Assembly (NCBI GenBank): GCA_965248495.1
Contig: CBDFJL010000003.1
Location: 1,608,301-1,672,300, forward strand
Direction of reading: 5' to 3'
Source: Dehalococcoidia bacterium
GTDB lineage: Bacteria > Chloroflexota > Dehalococcoidia > Lucifugimonadales > Australimonadaceae
Length of the DNA stretch: 64,000 nucleotides
Numbering within the stretch: position 1 is the stretch's first letter; each line of letters begins with the position of its first letter. A program made the translations under genes and the position numbers. The notes under the pieces are model-generated. The model was not told the DNA's origin. It saw nothing but the letters and a program-made list of their open reading frames with translations, and did not search any database. This document shows, piece by piece, positions 8,320-17,221 of the stretch.

Positions 8320-9297
8320 ATGCCACTTACGGAAGAAGGCCTTGCCCACATTCCGGGCCTCATGAGCCGCTGGGTTAGACTCGCCAGCGGGGCGCGGGCT
8401 CACTATGTGACGGCGGGCGACACTGGACCAGCCGTGGTCCTGCTCCATGGGGGCGCGACCGGTGCCTCGGGCAGCGCCGTTTGGCGAAACCTCGCGCCCT
8501 TTCTCGGCGCGAACGGGTTCCGGGTCTATTGCCCCGACGTGCCAGGGTTCGGACTCGCCGACACGCGGGAGGAATTTTGGCCGGTCGACGGCGCACTGAG
8601 CCACATGGCGTTCATCAACGAGTTTGTCGATTCCCTGTGCCTCGACGAGTTCCACCTCTCGGGAAACTCCATGGGCTGCGCCAACACGATCAACTACACG
8701 CTTGCCCACCCGGCGCGGGTCAAGAGCTTCATCCTGATCAACGGGGCCGTCGGCAACTTGGTCGATGCCAGCCAGCACGTGAGCTCGGGAATCAGCCTGC
8801 CCCGGTTCGAGGGCACCGAAGCGTCGATGCGCGCGCACCTTGGGCCGCTGACACACAAGAAACTGGACCCGCCAGACGAGGTGGTCCAGATGCGAACCGA
8901 CGCGGCCAATCGGCAAAAGGATGCGACCGCAGCCTTCCGGTCAGCCGGCCAGCGCATCGCGGCTGATCCCAGCCTCAGCCAGGTGCTCAGCACGAAGGGC
9001 CGGTTGGACCAGCTCGCGATCCCAGGGCTCTACCTGTTCGGCCGTCAAGATGACCTCTCGCCCCTAGAGAACGGCTACCACCAGGAAGACGTGCTTCCAA
9101 ACGTCCAGTTCTTCTACCCAGACGAGTGCGGCCACGTAGGACAGCAGGACCAGCCGGAGATGTTCCAACGGGTCTTCTTGGAGTTCTTCAGGGACGGCAC
9201 GGTCAGCCGGAAGACCGCCGAGTGGGCGAGCGTTTCCGCGCGTCGCCCAGAGAACCCGGCTCTGGTCGAGCAGATGGTTGCGACGCCCGCCGGTTAG
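8320..9297 (+). CDS. alpha/beta hydrolase, meta-cleavage-product (C-C bond) hydrolase-like
   Basis: Nucleophile elbow GNSMGC, with Asp (GRQDDL) and His (ECGHVG) of the triad. It is a paralog of 34408..35424 (roughly 55% identity by eye) and shares its C-terminal tail. Confidence 0.8.
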   Translation: MPLTEEGLAHIPGLMSRWVRLASGARAHYVTAGDTGPAVVLLHGGATGASGSAVWRNLAPFLGANGFRVYCPDVPGFGLADTREEFWPVDGALSHMAFINEFVDSLCLDEFHLSGNSMGCANTINYTLAHPARVKSFILINGAVGNLVDASQHVSSGISLPRFEGTEASMRAHLGPLTHKKLDPPDEVVQMRTDAANRQKDATAAFRSAGQRIAADPSLSQVLSTKGRLDQLAIPGLYLFGRQDDLSPLENGYHQEDVLPNVQFFYPDECGHVGQQDQPEMFQRVFLEFFRDGTVSRKTAEWASVSARRPENPALVEQMVATPAG

Positions 9298-9343
9298 TGC
9301 CTGTCGAGGGACATAGGCACAAGCGTGCCCCTCCGTCCTCTCG

Positions 9344-9775
9344 CTAGCCGGCAGGCCAGCCCCGTTTGGCCAGGGCCTCGGCCAGCGAGGCTTGTTCACG
9401 CTCGCCCACGCTAACGATGGGTGTGTGAGCGGCCGCGAGGGCCTCGATCGCTCCAGTCTGCTCGAGATCACCGGCTAGCAGAGGCTCAGCCGACAAGCTC
9501 CGATCGACCCTGAGGCGACAGTAGACATCCCAGAGGGGCTCGGTGTGCCAAAACGGATCAAGTTCGGGACCCGCTGAAGGAGACGGTGGGCCGGCTACCG
9601 TGGCAACGCCATAGATGCCTGGCTCTGGCTCGTCACTCCAGAGCATGACGGTGTCGCCGGACCCAATCGCACCCGCGGGCCCGATGACCGGCCAGAGGAT
9701 CTCCGGCAGCACATTCAAGGCGCGCGGTAGGTCGTACCGTGCGGGGTCGGCTGTGAAGATCCACCATCGTGCCAT
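9344..9775 (-). CDS. EVE/PUA-like domain protein (tentative)
   Basis: About 143 aa from MARWWIF. The pattern W-x-F...P..YD...GD.V.LW....GIYG.A.V...P....FW resembles EVE (DUF55) domains as I recall them. Confidence 0.45.
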   Translation of the reverse strand: MARWWIFTADPARYDLPRALNVLPEILWPVIGPAGAIGSGDTVMLWSDEPEPGIYGVATVAGPPSPSAGPELDPFWHTEPLWDVYCRLRVDRSLSAEPLLAGDLEQTGAIEALAAAHTPIVSVGEREQASLAEALAKRGWPAG

Positions 9776-9898
9776 AAGGCGTCGACCATACACGACTCAG
9801 ACCACGTGAGGCCTATCTTTATCGAAGCGCTGGCCCCGATGGTAGTCGGCGCTATGGGGAGAGCTTCACGCAGCACGCAGCGACTACGGAGGGCTTCA

Positions 9899-10405
9899 AT
9901 GGGCATGTTCTTAACCGACGAACAGGAGAGGTTGGCGAACGAGATAGCGGCGCTGCTCATCGAGCGTGGCGACACGGTCGCCGTAGCCGAGGGGACGACT
10001 GGCGGATTGATCTCGGCGGCACTCCTGTCAGTGGCGGGTGCCTCTCGCTACTATGCCGGTGGAGGCGTTCTCTACACGCTTGGCTCGCGTATCGCCCTCG
10101 CCGGAGCGCCCCCAGAACAGTACGCCAACTACCAAGGCACGACTCCAGAAATGCTCGCCTCGCTTGCTGAATCGATGCGCCTGCGCCTCGATGCGACGTG
10201 GTCCATAGCCGAGTCCGGCCTTGCTGGCCCGACGGGCGGCCGCTCCGGCGCCCCTCCAGGGCGCACGACCATCAGCGTTGCTGGCCCCGTGGCACGCACC
10301 GATGTCATCGAGACTGGTCTCTCCGACCGGAAGGCGAACATGGTCGAGTTCACGACCCGTAGCCTGCTCTTCCTGAGCCGCGCCGTGCGAGAGGCCGACG
10401 CCTAG
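9899..10405 (+). CDS. CinA C-terminal domain / PncC-type nicotinamide-nucleotide amidohydrolase family protein
   Basis: VAVAEGTTGGLISAALLSVAGASRYY resembles the ESCTGG motif region of the CinA family. The size fits about 168 aa from MGMF. The track ORF from GTG 9806 is probably too long. Confidence 0.7.
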   Translation: MGMFLTDEQERLANEIAALLIERGDTVAVAEGTTGGLISAALLSVAGASRYYAGGGVLYTLGSRIALAGAPPEQYANYQGTTPEMLASLAESMRLRLDATWSIAESGLAGPTGGRSGAPPGRTTISVAGPVARTDVIETGLSDRKANMVEFTTRSLLFLSRAVREADA

Positions 10406-10445
10406 CTTCCTCGTGGGGTCGAGGCCTGGCGAGAGAGACGCCCCG

Positions 10446-11177
10446 TTAGGGGACGTCCATCCGCTGGAGGCGCCGGACCGTCAGCAGCGCGAAGACCACC
10501 GTCACTCCTACCGCTCCGACCACCGCCGCCGGGAACTCTATAGCGCGGCCCCCGATGCTGCCGAAGGTCTGGTCGTCGAGACCGTGGAGAATGCCCAAGG
10601 TATAGCCGCGCACGCTCAGGTAGCGGACTCCGCTGAGGAAGGTGGCCAGGAGACCTTCCCAAAGGAACACATAGACCAGGGCGAAGCCCAGAGCTCGGGC
10701 GGTTATCAGCCCAGCCCAGGTGAACATGGCGGCGTAGGCCACGACTCCGGCGAATAGCGCTGCCACCGTGGCCAGAGCCGCCCGTGTGCCGCCGCCATCA
10801 AGGGCGATCAGCGTCACCGCCGCCCCGGTGACGACGAGCAAAGGAGCCGCGATAACGATGGACGCCAACAGTTTGGGCAGAACGATGGCGCCACGACTCA
10901 CCGGCTTCAGTACCAGGACGTTGAGCGTGCGGTCCTCCAGCTCGTTGCCAAAGGCCGCCGTGGCCAGGCTCATCACCACGATGGGCATGATCCCGGCGAT
11001 GATGATGCCGTCCAGAATCGTGTCGATGAAGTTTGCGCTGAACTCCTGGTCGTCCGAGGCGAAGGCGTTCAGAATCAGTGCGAGACCCACGGGCAATGCC
11101 GACAGGACAAGTATCAGAAGGAGCCGGTTGCGGCCCGCCAGCTGGCGCAGCGAGAGCCTCAGCATGAGGCTCATCAT
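10446..11177 (-). CDS. ABC-2 type transporter permease
   Basis: 243 aa with about 6 TM segments. Its start overlaps the stop of the upstream ATPase gene by 4 nt. Confidence 0.7.
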   Translation of the reverse strand: MMSLMLRLSLRQLAGRNRLLLILVLSALPVGLALILNAFASDDQEFSANFIDTILDGIIIAGIMPIVVMSLATAAFGNELEDRTLNVLVLKPVSRGAIVLPKLLASIVIAAPLLVVTGAAVTLIALDGGGTRAALATVAALFAGVVAYAAMFTWAGLITARALGFALVYVFLWEGLLATFLSGVRYLSVRGYTLGILHGLDDQTFGSIGGRAIEFPAAVVGAVGVTVVFALLTVRRLQRMDVP

Positions 11178-12121
11178 CGCTGCACCACGTAGCTGAAGAC
11201 GCTCTCCAGAGACTCGTCCAGCGGCTCGACCCGGTAGAGGCGTGTCTTGGCCTCTTGGGCCAGCTTTGCGATTGATCGTTGCAGGACGGCCACGTCCCTG
11301 CTGAGCACGATCAGCGAACCGTCGGGGTCCACCGACACTGAGTCGACGGCAGGCAGCGCCATGAGTGCCGCCGCGACGGCCCGAGGCGCCTCGGCCGCTA
11401 CGCGGACCTTATAGGGACGCTCATCCAGCTTTTCGCGGATGGCCCGGAAGTTGCCCGCCGCCGCCAGCTTGCCGCTGACGACCAGCAAGATCCGATCGGC
11501 CAGGGTCTCCACCTCCTCCAGGATGTGCGAAGAGATGAGGATGGTTTTTCCCTCGTCCCCCAACCTGCGCATGAGGTCCTGAAACTCGACACGCTGTCGA
11601 GGGTCGGTGCCGTTGAGCGGCTCGTCGAGGATGAGCAACTCGGGGTCGTGGACTATGGCGGCTGCGAGCCGCATACGCTGGCGCATGCCCCGCGAATAGG
11701 TGCCGAGAGCCCGATGTTGAGCGTCTGCCAGGTTCACGATGCCGACCGCCCAGTCCACCTGTGCCTGGACGTTCTTCACCCTCTGCATCCGAGCGGAGAA
11801 TTCCACAAGCTCACGGCCGGTAAGGAAGCTGTAGACCGCCTCGTGCTCGGACATGACACCGATTCGACGATAGAGTCCGCTGTTCCCGCGTACAGGTTCG
11901 CCAAGTATCCGTATGTCGCCCTTGGACAGCTTGGCCAGCCCGGACATCATGTGGAGAAGGGTGGTCTTGCCTGCGCCGTTCGGGCCCAGAAGTCCGGTGA
12001 CGCCAGGGAAGACATGGAACGAAACGTCGTTGACCGCCACGACGCTGCCGAACCACTTCGACACGCCATCGACTTCGATAGTTGGGCCGGGGCTGGAGGC
12101 TGAGCCGAGGCGCGTTGTCAT
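11174..12121 (-). CDS. ABC transporter ATP-binding protein
   Basis: Walker A GLLGPNGAGKTT, signature YSRGMRQR and Walker B LLILDEP. Confidence 0.9.
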   Translation of the reverse strand: MTTRLGSASSPGPTIEVDGVSKWFGSVVAVNDVSFHVFPGVTGLLGPNGAGKTTLLHMMSGLAKLSKGDIRILGEPVRGNSGLYRRIGVMSEHEAVYSFLTGRELVEFSARMQRVKNVQAQVDWAVGIVNLADAQHRALGTYSRGMRQRMRLAAAIVHDPELLILDEPLNGTDPRQRVEFQDLMRRLGDEGKTILISSHILEEVETLADRILLVVSGKLAAAGNFRAIREKLDERPYKVRVAAEAPRAVAAALMALPAVDSVSVDPDGSLIVLSRDVAVLQRSIAKLAQEAKTRLYRVEPLDESLESVFSYVVQR

Positions 12122-13071
12122 GCCCGGATCCTTCGGTATCTCAGCCAGAGCAGCAACATCGGGCCAGCAGTGAAGAAGACGTAGAAGGTGATGGGGATCG
12201 AATCGTGGAGCTCTGCGGCGGCCTTGAGGGAGGCGCCGTCATTCTCGGTGTCGAAGATCATGTCGTTGATGCGGATTGGCACATCTCGAATGCTGATGAG
12301 CGCGAACCACTTCGCCGCTTCGCCGGTCACCGGCTCGCGCCCGGAGTCACACACGAAATCGGTCGAACCGTCGCCGCGCCTGACTTCGCGGCACTCCTCG
12401 GTGCTGGTCAGACCGTCGGCGACACCCGTCGAGATGAAAAAGAGGCCGATGACGAAGGCGGCGGCATAGGCGCGGCGGTTCGTGAGGGAGGCGACGGCCA
12501 GGGGCACGGCGGTGATGAAGAGCGCCACCAGCACGCCCGCTCCGAGGAACCGGGGGACGTCGGTCCAGTTGTCCTTGATGTACTCCCAGGGGCTACTCGC
12601 CGAAAGGATCAGCCCCACTTGGAGGATGATCTGCCCGGAGTACGCCAAGGCGAGCACGATGACGAAGAAGGCCAGGAACCGCCCGAGGAGGTAGTCGGTG
12701 GGCGTCAGGGGCCGGACCAGATAGAGGTGGATCACGTTGTCGCGACGGTCGGAGACGAGAAGCTCGGGTGCAGAGATTGCGCCGAAAAGCAGCAGGATGA
12801 TGGATACGACCTGGTAGTAGTCCCCGGTGCTCGGAAGGAAATCCGCGGCTGGCTCGGCCACGGACAGGATGATGACGAAGATGAGAGCGGGGACTATGGC
12901 CCCGAGAAAGAGCAGCGCGGGTAGGACCTTGGCGCGAGGTCCCCGGCCGATGCCGAGTACCGTGCGCACGCCGTTTTCGAAGATCGCCCTCCTGGCGCGC
13001 GAGCGGCCCTCCCGGGGGCCATCGTAGCGCTGGTAGCCAAGGTTGTAGACCTCACCCTGCGGCTGCATCAC
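12118..13071 (-). CDS. ABC-2 type transporter permease
   Basis: 317 aa, multi-TM, with a Cys-containing extracytoplasmic loop. It overlaps the genes on both sides. Confidence 0.7.
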   Translation of the reverse strand: MMQPQGEVYNLGYQRYDGPREGRSRARRAIFENGVRTVLGIGRGPRAKVLPALLFLGAIVPALIFVIILSVAEPAADFLPSTGDYYQVVSIILLLFGAISAPELLVSDRRDNVIHLYLVRPLTPTDYLLGRFLAFFVIVLALAYSGQIILQVGLILSASSPWEYIKDNWTDVPRFLGAGVLVALFITAVPLAVASLTNRRAYAAAFVIGLFFISTGVADGLTSTEECREVRRGDGSTDFVCDSGREPVTGEAAKWFALISIRDVPIRINDMIFDTENDGASLKAAAELHDSIPITFYVFFTAGPMLLLWLRYRRIRA

Positions 13072-14059
13072 CGTCTCCGCCTTGGAAGATCTCGGTCAGG
13101 GTGTGGCGATACGGGGCCAACCGGCGGAGCCGGGCGTCGGCTTCGGCCACGGCGTCGCGGACGGCGTCATAGACCGCATCATCCGCCCGCTCCACGACCA
13201 ACGCGGCTCCCTGCACCTTCACCACCACGCCTCGTTTGGCGAGCGCAGCGATGACTTCGTCCTGGCGGTCGTCCACCTCGATGTGTAGGTCCTCAGTCTC
13301 CTGGGTGAACAGAGAGACGGCGCCCTCCTGGGCCACGTGACCTCCTTCCAGCACGATGAGCCGGTCGGCCGTTCGCTCAATGTCGCCCATCAGGTGGGTG
13401 GAGAGCACGATGCTGATGCCAAAATCGCGGCCGGTACGCCGGATCAAATCCAGCATCTCTTCGCGCCCGCCAGGGTCGAGGCCCGCCGTCGGCTCGTCCA
13501 GCAGGATCAGGATTGGGTCGTGGACCAGGGCCTGGGCGAGCTTCACGCGTTGTTTCATACCGGTGGAGTACTCGCCGATCTGCCGGTAGCGCTCCTCGTC
13601 CAAGCCCACGTGGCGCAGGGTATCGGCCGCGCGGGTACGGGCATGGGAGGGCGGCAGGCCGCTGACCTGGGCCATGTGCATCAGAAACTCGGAGGCGGTG
13701 ATATTCGAGGGCAAGGCCTCGTATTCCGGCATATAGCCGAGACGGGCCCTGCCTTCAATGGTCTGGTACGGCTCGTCGCCCATCACCCTGGCCGAGCCCG
13801 ACGTGGGGCGAATGAGGCCCAGGAAGAGTTTAATAACGGTGCTCTTGCCGGCACCATTAGGGCCGAGTAGCCCGGTCACACCCTCGTGGACCTGGAACGT
13901 GGCGGACTCCAGAGCGATCGTGGCACCGTAGTGCTTGGTCAGGCTCTCGGCTTCGAGGAGGGGTGGCACGCGCGCAAGTATGGGCAGCTTTGCCCCCCGA
14001 GTCCATGGGTATCGCTTTGGTGTCGTCAGGCGCCAAGCGCGGCGCTTGTGGGCGGGCAC
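13052..14059 (-). CDS. ABC transporter ATP-binding protein
   Basis: Walker A GLLGPNGAGKST, signature YSTGMKQR and Walker B ILLDEP. The start is uncertain: GTG 14059 or the in-frame GTG 13969 (VPPLLEAESL). Confidence 0.9.
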   Translation of the reverse strand: MPAHKRRAWRLTTPKRYPWTRGAKLPILARVPPLLEAESLTKHYGATIALESATFQVHEGVTGLLGPNGAGKSTVIKLFLGLIRPTSGSARVMGDEPYQTIEGRARLGYMPEYEALPSNITASEFLMHMAQVSGLPPSHARTRAADTLRHVGLDEERYRQIGEYSTGMKQRVKLAQALVHDPILILLDEPTAGLDPGGREEMLDLIRRTGRDFGISIVLSTHLMGDIERTADRLIVLEGGHVAQEGAVSLFTQETEDLHIEVDDRQDEVIAALAKRGVVVKVQGAALVVERADDAVYDAVRDAVAEADARLRRLAPYRHTLTEIFQGGDGDAAAG

Positions 14060-14149
14060 GGCCTACGTCATAGACTCTCGGTGGCGGATCACCAGCGGGT
14101 GGGACCGGCGAGCGTAGATGATCAAGTCCACAGTGGGTAACTATCCCCT

Positions 14150-15457
14150 ATGAGCAACCAGGGCCCTTCCAGCCGGGGTCTCGTCCGTACGCTCAGTGCG
14201 TTCCGCATTCCGGGCTACCCGTATCTGTGGGTCAATGCCATGTCGGGCTCCATCGGGTTCATGACCTACAGCATGGGGCAGGGCTGGCTCATCCTCGAGT
14301 TGACCGACCGACCGGCCCTCGTTGGGCTTGCTCCAGGTATCACCGGCGTCGTCATGCTCCTTCTCGGCCCGCTGGGTGGCGTGTTGAGCGACCGTGGGGA
14401 CAGGCGGACGCTGCTCCTGCTGAGCCACCTTTGCATGGGGTCGCTGACGGCGGCTCTGGGGCTGCTGGCAATCGCGGGTGTGCCCGATGTGGTCCGACTG
14501 GGCTACGTGTTCGGTCTGTCGGCTGTCATGGGGGCGGTTCGTGCCGTCCAGATGCCGTCCCGCGGTGGACTGACCTTTGACCTGGTTGGTCCGGCACTCA
14601 TTGTGAACGTCGTGGCGCTCCAGTTCCTGGCCGTCAACCTGTCGGGCATTATCGGACCGCTCGCCGGAGGGTTCGTTCTTGCCGCGTGGGGGCCTGGCCC
14701 GTTCTTCCTCATCGTCGGAGGCATCACGACACTGGGCGCGACGTTGCTGCTCTTCATGCGCACACCGCAGAGGTTGAGCACGACTGGTGGCTCGTTCCTC
14801 ACCAACCTCACGGAGGGATTGTCCTACGCGCTCCGCGACCGACAGGTCCGTGCCGTCCTCTGGGTCGTGATGTTCACCGAGATGTTTGGGTTCGGCGTGC
14901 TCTTCATGCTGCCGGTGGTGGTCAGCGACGTCCTGCATGCGGATGCGCGGGCGCTTGGCTACCTCCAGGCGGCCTTCGGGGCGGGCGGCATCGTGGGTAC
15001 CTTGGCCATCGCCACCGTGGGTGACGTCCGGTCCAGAGGCTGGGTCTTCATGGGCTCCGCCTTCGGGTTCAGTGTGTTCGTCGTCGCCTTCGCCCTCTCC
15101 CACAGCCTGCTCGTTTCGCTCGTCCTCTTCGGTGCGGCTGGGGCTGCCGGCGTGGTCTACGACATCATGGGCAACAGTCTCGTCCAGACCATGGTCCCGA
15201 ATGCCATGCGCGGGCGGGTTCTGGGCCTGCACTCGACCCTCTTGAGTGGCGTCAATCTTGGCTCCGTGGCCATGGGCGGCCTTGCCGAGCTCCGTGGGGT
15301 CTCGTTCGCCGTCGGGCTGCTTGCCTCGTTCGCAGCTGGCAACGCGCTCCGTCTCATTCCCGTCGCACGCGGCATCTCGGCGCGGAGCCTCTCGGGTGAA
15401 TCACCCCCGGGGGCCGAGCCCACGGGGCAGGGCACTGACGTCGCCGGCATTGGATGA
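14150..15457 (+). CDS. MFS transporter (EntS/MFS_3-like)
   Basis: 435 aa with about 12 TM segments, an Arg-containing loop after TM2 (LSDRGDRR), and typical MFS composition. Confidence 0.85.
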   Translation: MSNQGPSSRGLVRTLSAFRIPGYPYLWVNAMSGSIGFMTYSMGQGWLILELTDRPALVGLAPGITGVVMLLLGPLGGVLSDRGDRRTLLLLSHLCMGSLTAALGLLAIAGVPDVVRLGYVFGLSAVMGAVRAVQMPSRGGLTFDLVGPALIVNVVALQFLAVNLSGIIGPLAGGFVLAAWGPGPFFLIVGGITTLGATLLLFMRTPQRLSTTGGSFLTNLTEGLSYALRDRQVRAVLWVVMFTEMFGFGVLFMLPVVVSDVLHADARALGYLQAAFGAGGIVGTLAIATVGDVRSRGWVFMGSAFGFSVFVVAFALSHSLLVSLVLFGAAGAAGVVYDIMGNSLVQTMVPNAMRGRVLGLHSTLLSGVNLGSVAMGGLAELRGVSFAVGLLASFAAGNALRLIPVARGISARSLSGESPPGAEPTGQGTDVAGIG

Positions 15458-15480
15458 AACGCGCCCGCCTTGACTCCGTC

Positions 15481-17028
15481 CTAGTTCGCCGGGGACGACT
15501 CGTACAGGGACGTTTGTGGGTAGGAGGCGTACCACCCGAACCAGAACGCGCTGTGCGACGGCAGCCTCGCCAGCCGCGCGTCGCTGCCCCCTACTGGTGA
15601 CAGGCTCTCCTCGGTCGCTGCCCACTCACGCCCCGTTCGGTCGCGGAGAATGGGCGGCCCGGAGCCCCGCTCCAGGAAGTCCTCCTCGAACTCGGCTTCA
15701 CCTCGCAGGTAGGCTCGGCCACCGGAGCCCCCCGGCTCGACCACGACGACGACCGGCGTCCCGCCGATGGCGTCGTTGATGACCGGCGTGGTCAGCTCGC
15801 CCAGCACGTAGGCCCGCGCATCGCTTCCCAACAGGACGCCGAGCACCTCCTCCTTGGGGGCGACAGCGTCGCTCTGGACCCAGACGGGGAACATGGTCCC
15901 GGGGTTGGCTCGGTAGTCGTAGTAGATGGACTGACTGTCCGACTCGGGTGCGTAGGAGGACGAATCGTAGACGCCCGTCTCCGCCGACAGGACGGTCGTC
16001 CGCGGATGCTGGGCGAGCCACGCCGCCCAGGTGGTCACCACCACGGGAAAGCGCTCGAGCTTGATCCCACTGCCCACGAGGGGCCCGACGACCGGCTCGC
16101 CCGTGAACTGCCGCCATAGCGTGCCCGTGACGCGGTCGTACATGAGCTTGTTGCTCCGGTAGAGCAAGCCTGACGTGCCGAACTCGAACGGCTCGTTGCT
16201 GATCTCGGGGACCTCGGTGGAATACACGATTCCAGTGCCGCAGAGCGTTCAGTACGCAAGGGCGAAGTGCGCACCCCCGAGCACGTCATTCGCCATCTCG
16301 TGCGCATTCAGGATGCGGAGCGGGTAGGCGCGGTGCTCATCGTCGATCGAGAGCCCGAATACGCGGTCCGTCGGCCTGAGGTACGTAGCCTCGGCCGGGG
16401 CGATATGGGGCGGCATCCGCAGGTCGGGTATGCCATCCCTGGGGACTCCGCCCCAGACGACCTCTTCCAGTCTGATGTCGTGTTTCACACCTCGCGGGAG
16501 GAAGGCGCCCATGCTGGGATCGATGAGCGCATAGAGCGCGCCTTTCCACGCTGCGAAATCCTCGGGTCCGGCCACCTCCTCGTGTTCGCCCAGCCACGTG
16601 ATCCAGTCGCGCGACTCGCCGGCCAGCCGTTCCAGCGCTAGTTGGACCAGCTGAGTGACGTCGAGCCGACGCACGGCGGGCGAGTAGAGCATCTCGACAA
16701 GCACGGGAATGAACTGCGTGTCGCCTGAAGCGCCCATTCGTACTATGGGCCCAAGGTCGCCGTTGGAAGCACTGGATACCGCGGACCACATCAGGTCGCT
16801 CGCCGAGCCCTCGGGGATGAGCGTGGGCACCTGCGTTGGTGTCGGGCTCAGCGTTGGCGTCGGGCTCAGCGTTGGCGCCGCGCTCGGCGTTGGCGTCGGG
16901 CTCAGCGTTGGCGCCGGTGTGGGCACCGAATTGCCACACGCTGTCAGGGCCAGCGCGAGACCGAGCAGGACCACGCCAGCCACGATAGGCAATCCCACGG
17001 GCGGCAATCGATGTCGTGCCAAGGTCAT
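15481..17028 (-). CDS. DUF3179 family lipoprotein interrupted by a single in-frame TGA (selenocysteine candidate or pseudogene)
   Basis: ORFs 16249..17028 and 15481..16227 are in the same frame. The joined sequence reads ...PRDGIPDL...RAYPLRILNAHEMANDVLGGAHFALAY-TGA-TLCGTGIVYS...FGTSGLLYRSNKLMYDRVTGTLWRQ, which matches the remembered DUF3179 pattern (DGIP, AYP, HE.VND, YCPLC, SG.LY.S.L.MYDR.T.S.W.Q). The N-terminus has lipobox LALTAC and a PT-rich linker. Confidence 0.6.
16218..16234 (-). promoter_or_regulatory. candidate SECIS-like hairpin downstream of the in-frame TGA
   Basis: In the mRNA, 14 nt after UGA, comes UGGAAU-CGUGU-AUUCCA (6-bp stem, 5-nt loop containing GU). A lower CGG/CCG stem with a 3-nt bulge is possible. 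Confidence 0.3.
16833..16922. repeat. 18-bp tandem repeat x5 inside the DUF3179 linker
   Basis: Units gcgttggYgtcgggctca occur at 16833, 16851, 16869 (diverged), 16887 and 16905. They encode PTLSPT-type hexapeptide repeats on the minus strand. Confidence 0.85.
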
Positions 17029-17221
17029 CGCTAGAGTCTACGATTGCGGTGGCGCCTCGGTTCGTGATCGCGCGGCATCCGGCCGAAAGCTGACCATCTA
17101 CTGTTGCGAGACGGCGACCAGGGCTGGCGAAGGGGCGTCGGTGGGCGTGGCGATCTGCGACCGCCGCAGCGCGGACCCGAAGCGTAGAATCGCTCACCTA
17201 CGTTCGATTCGTGAGGATGCC

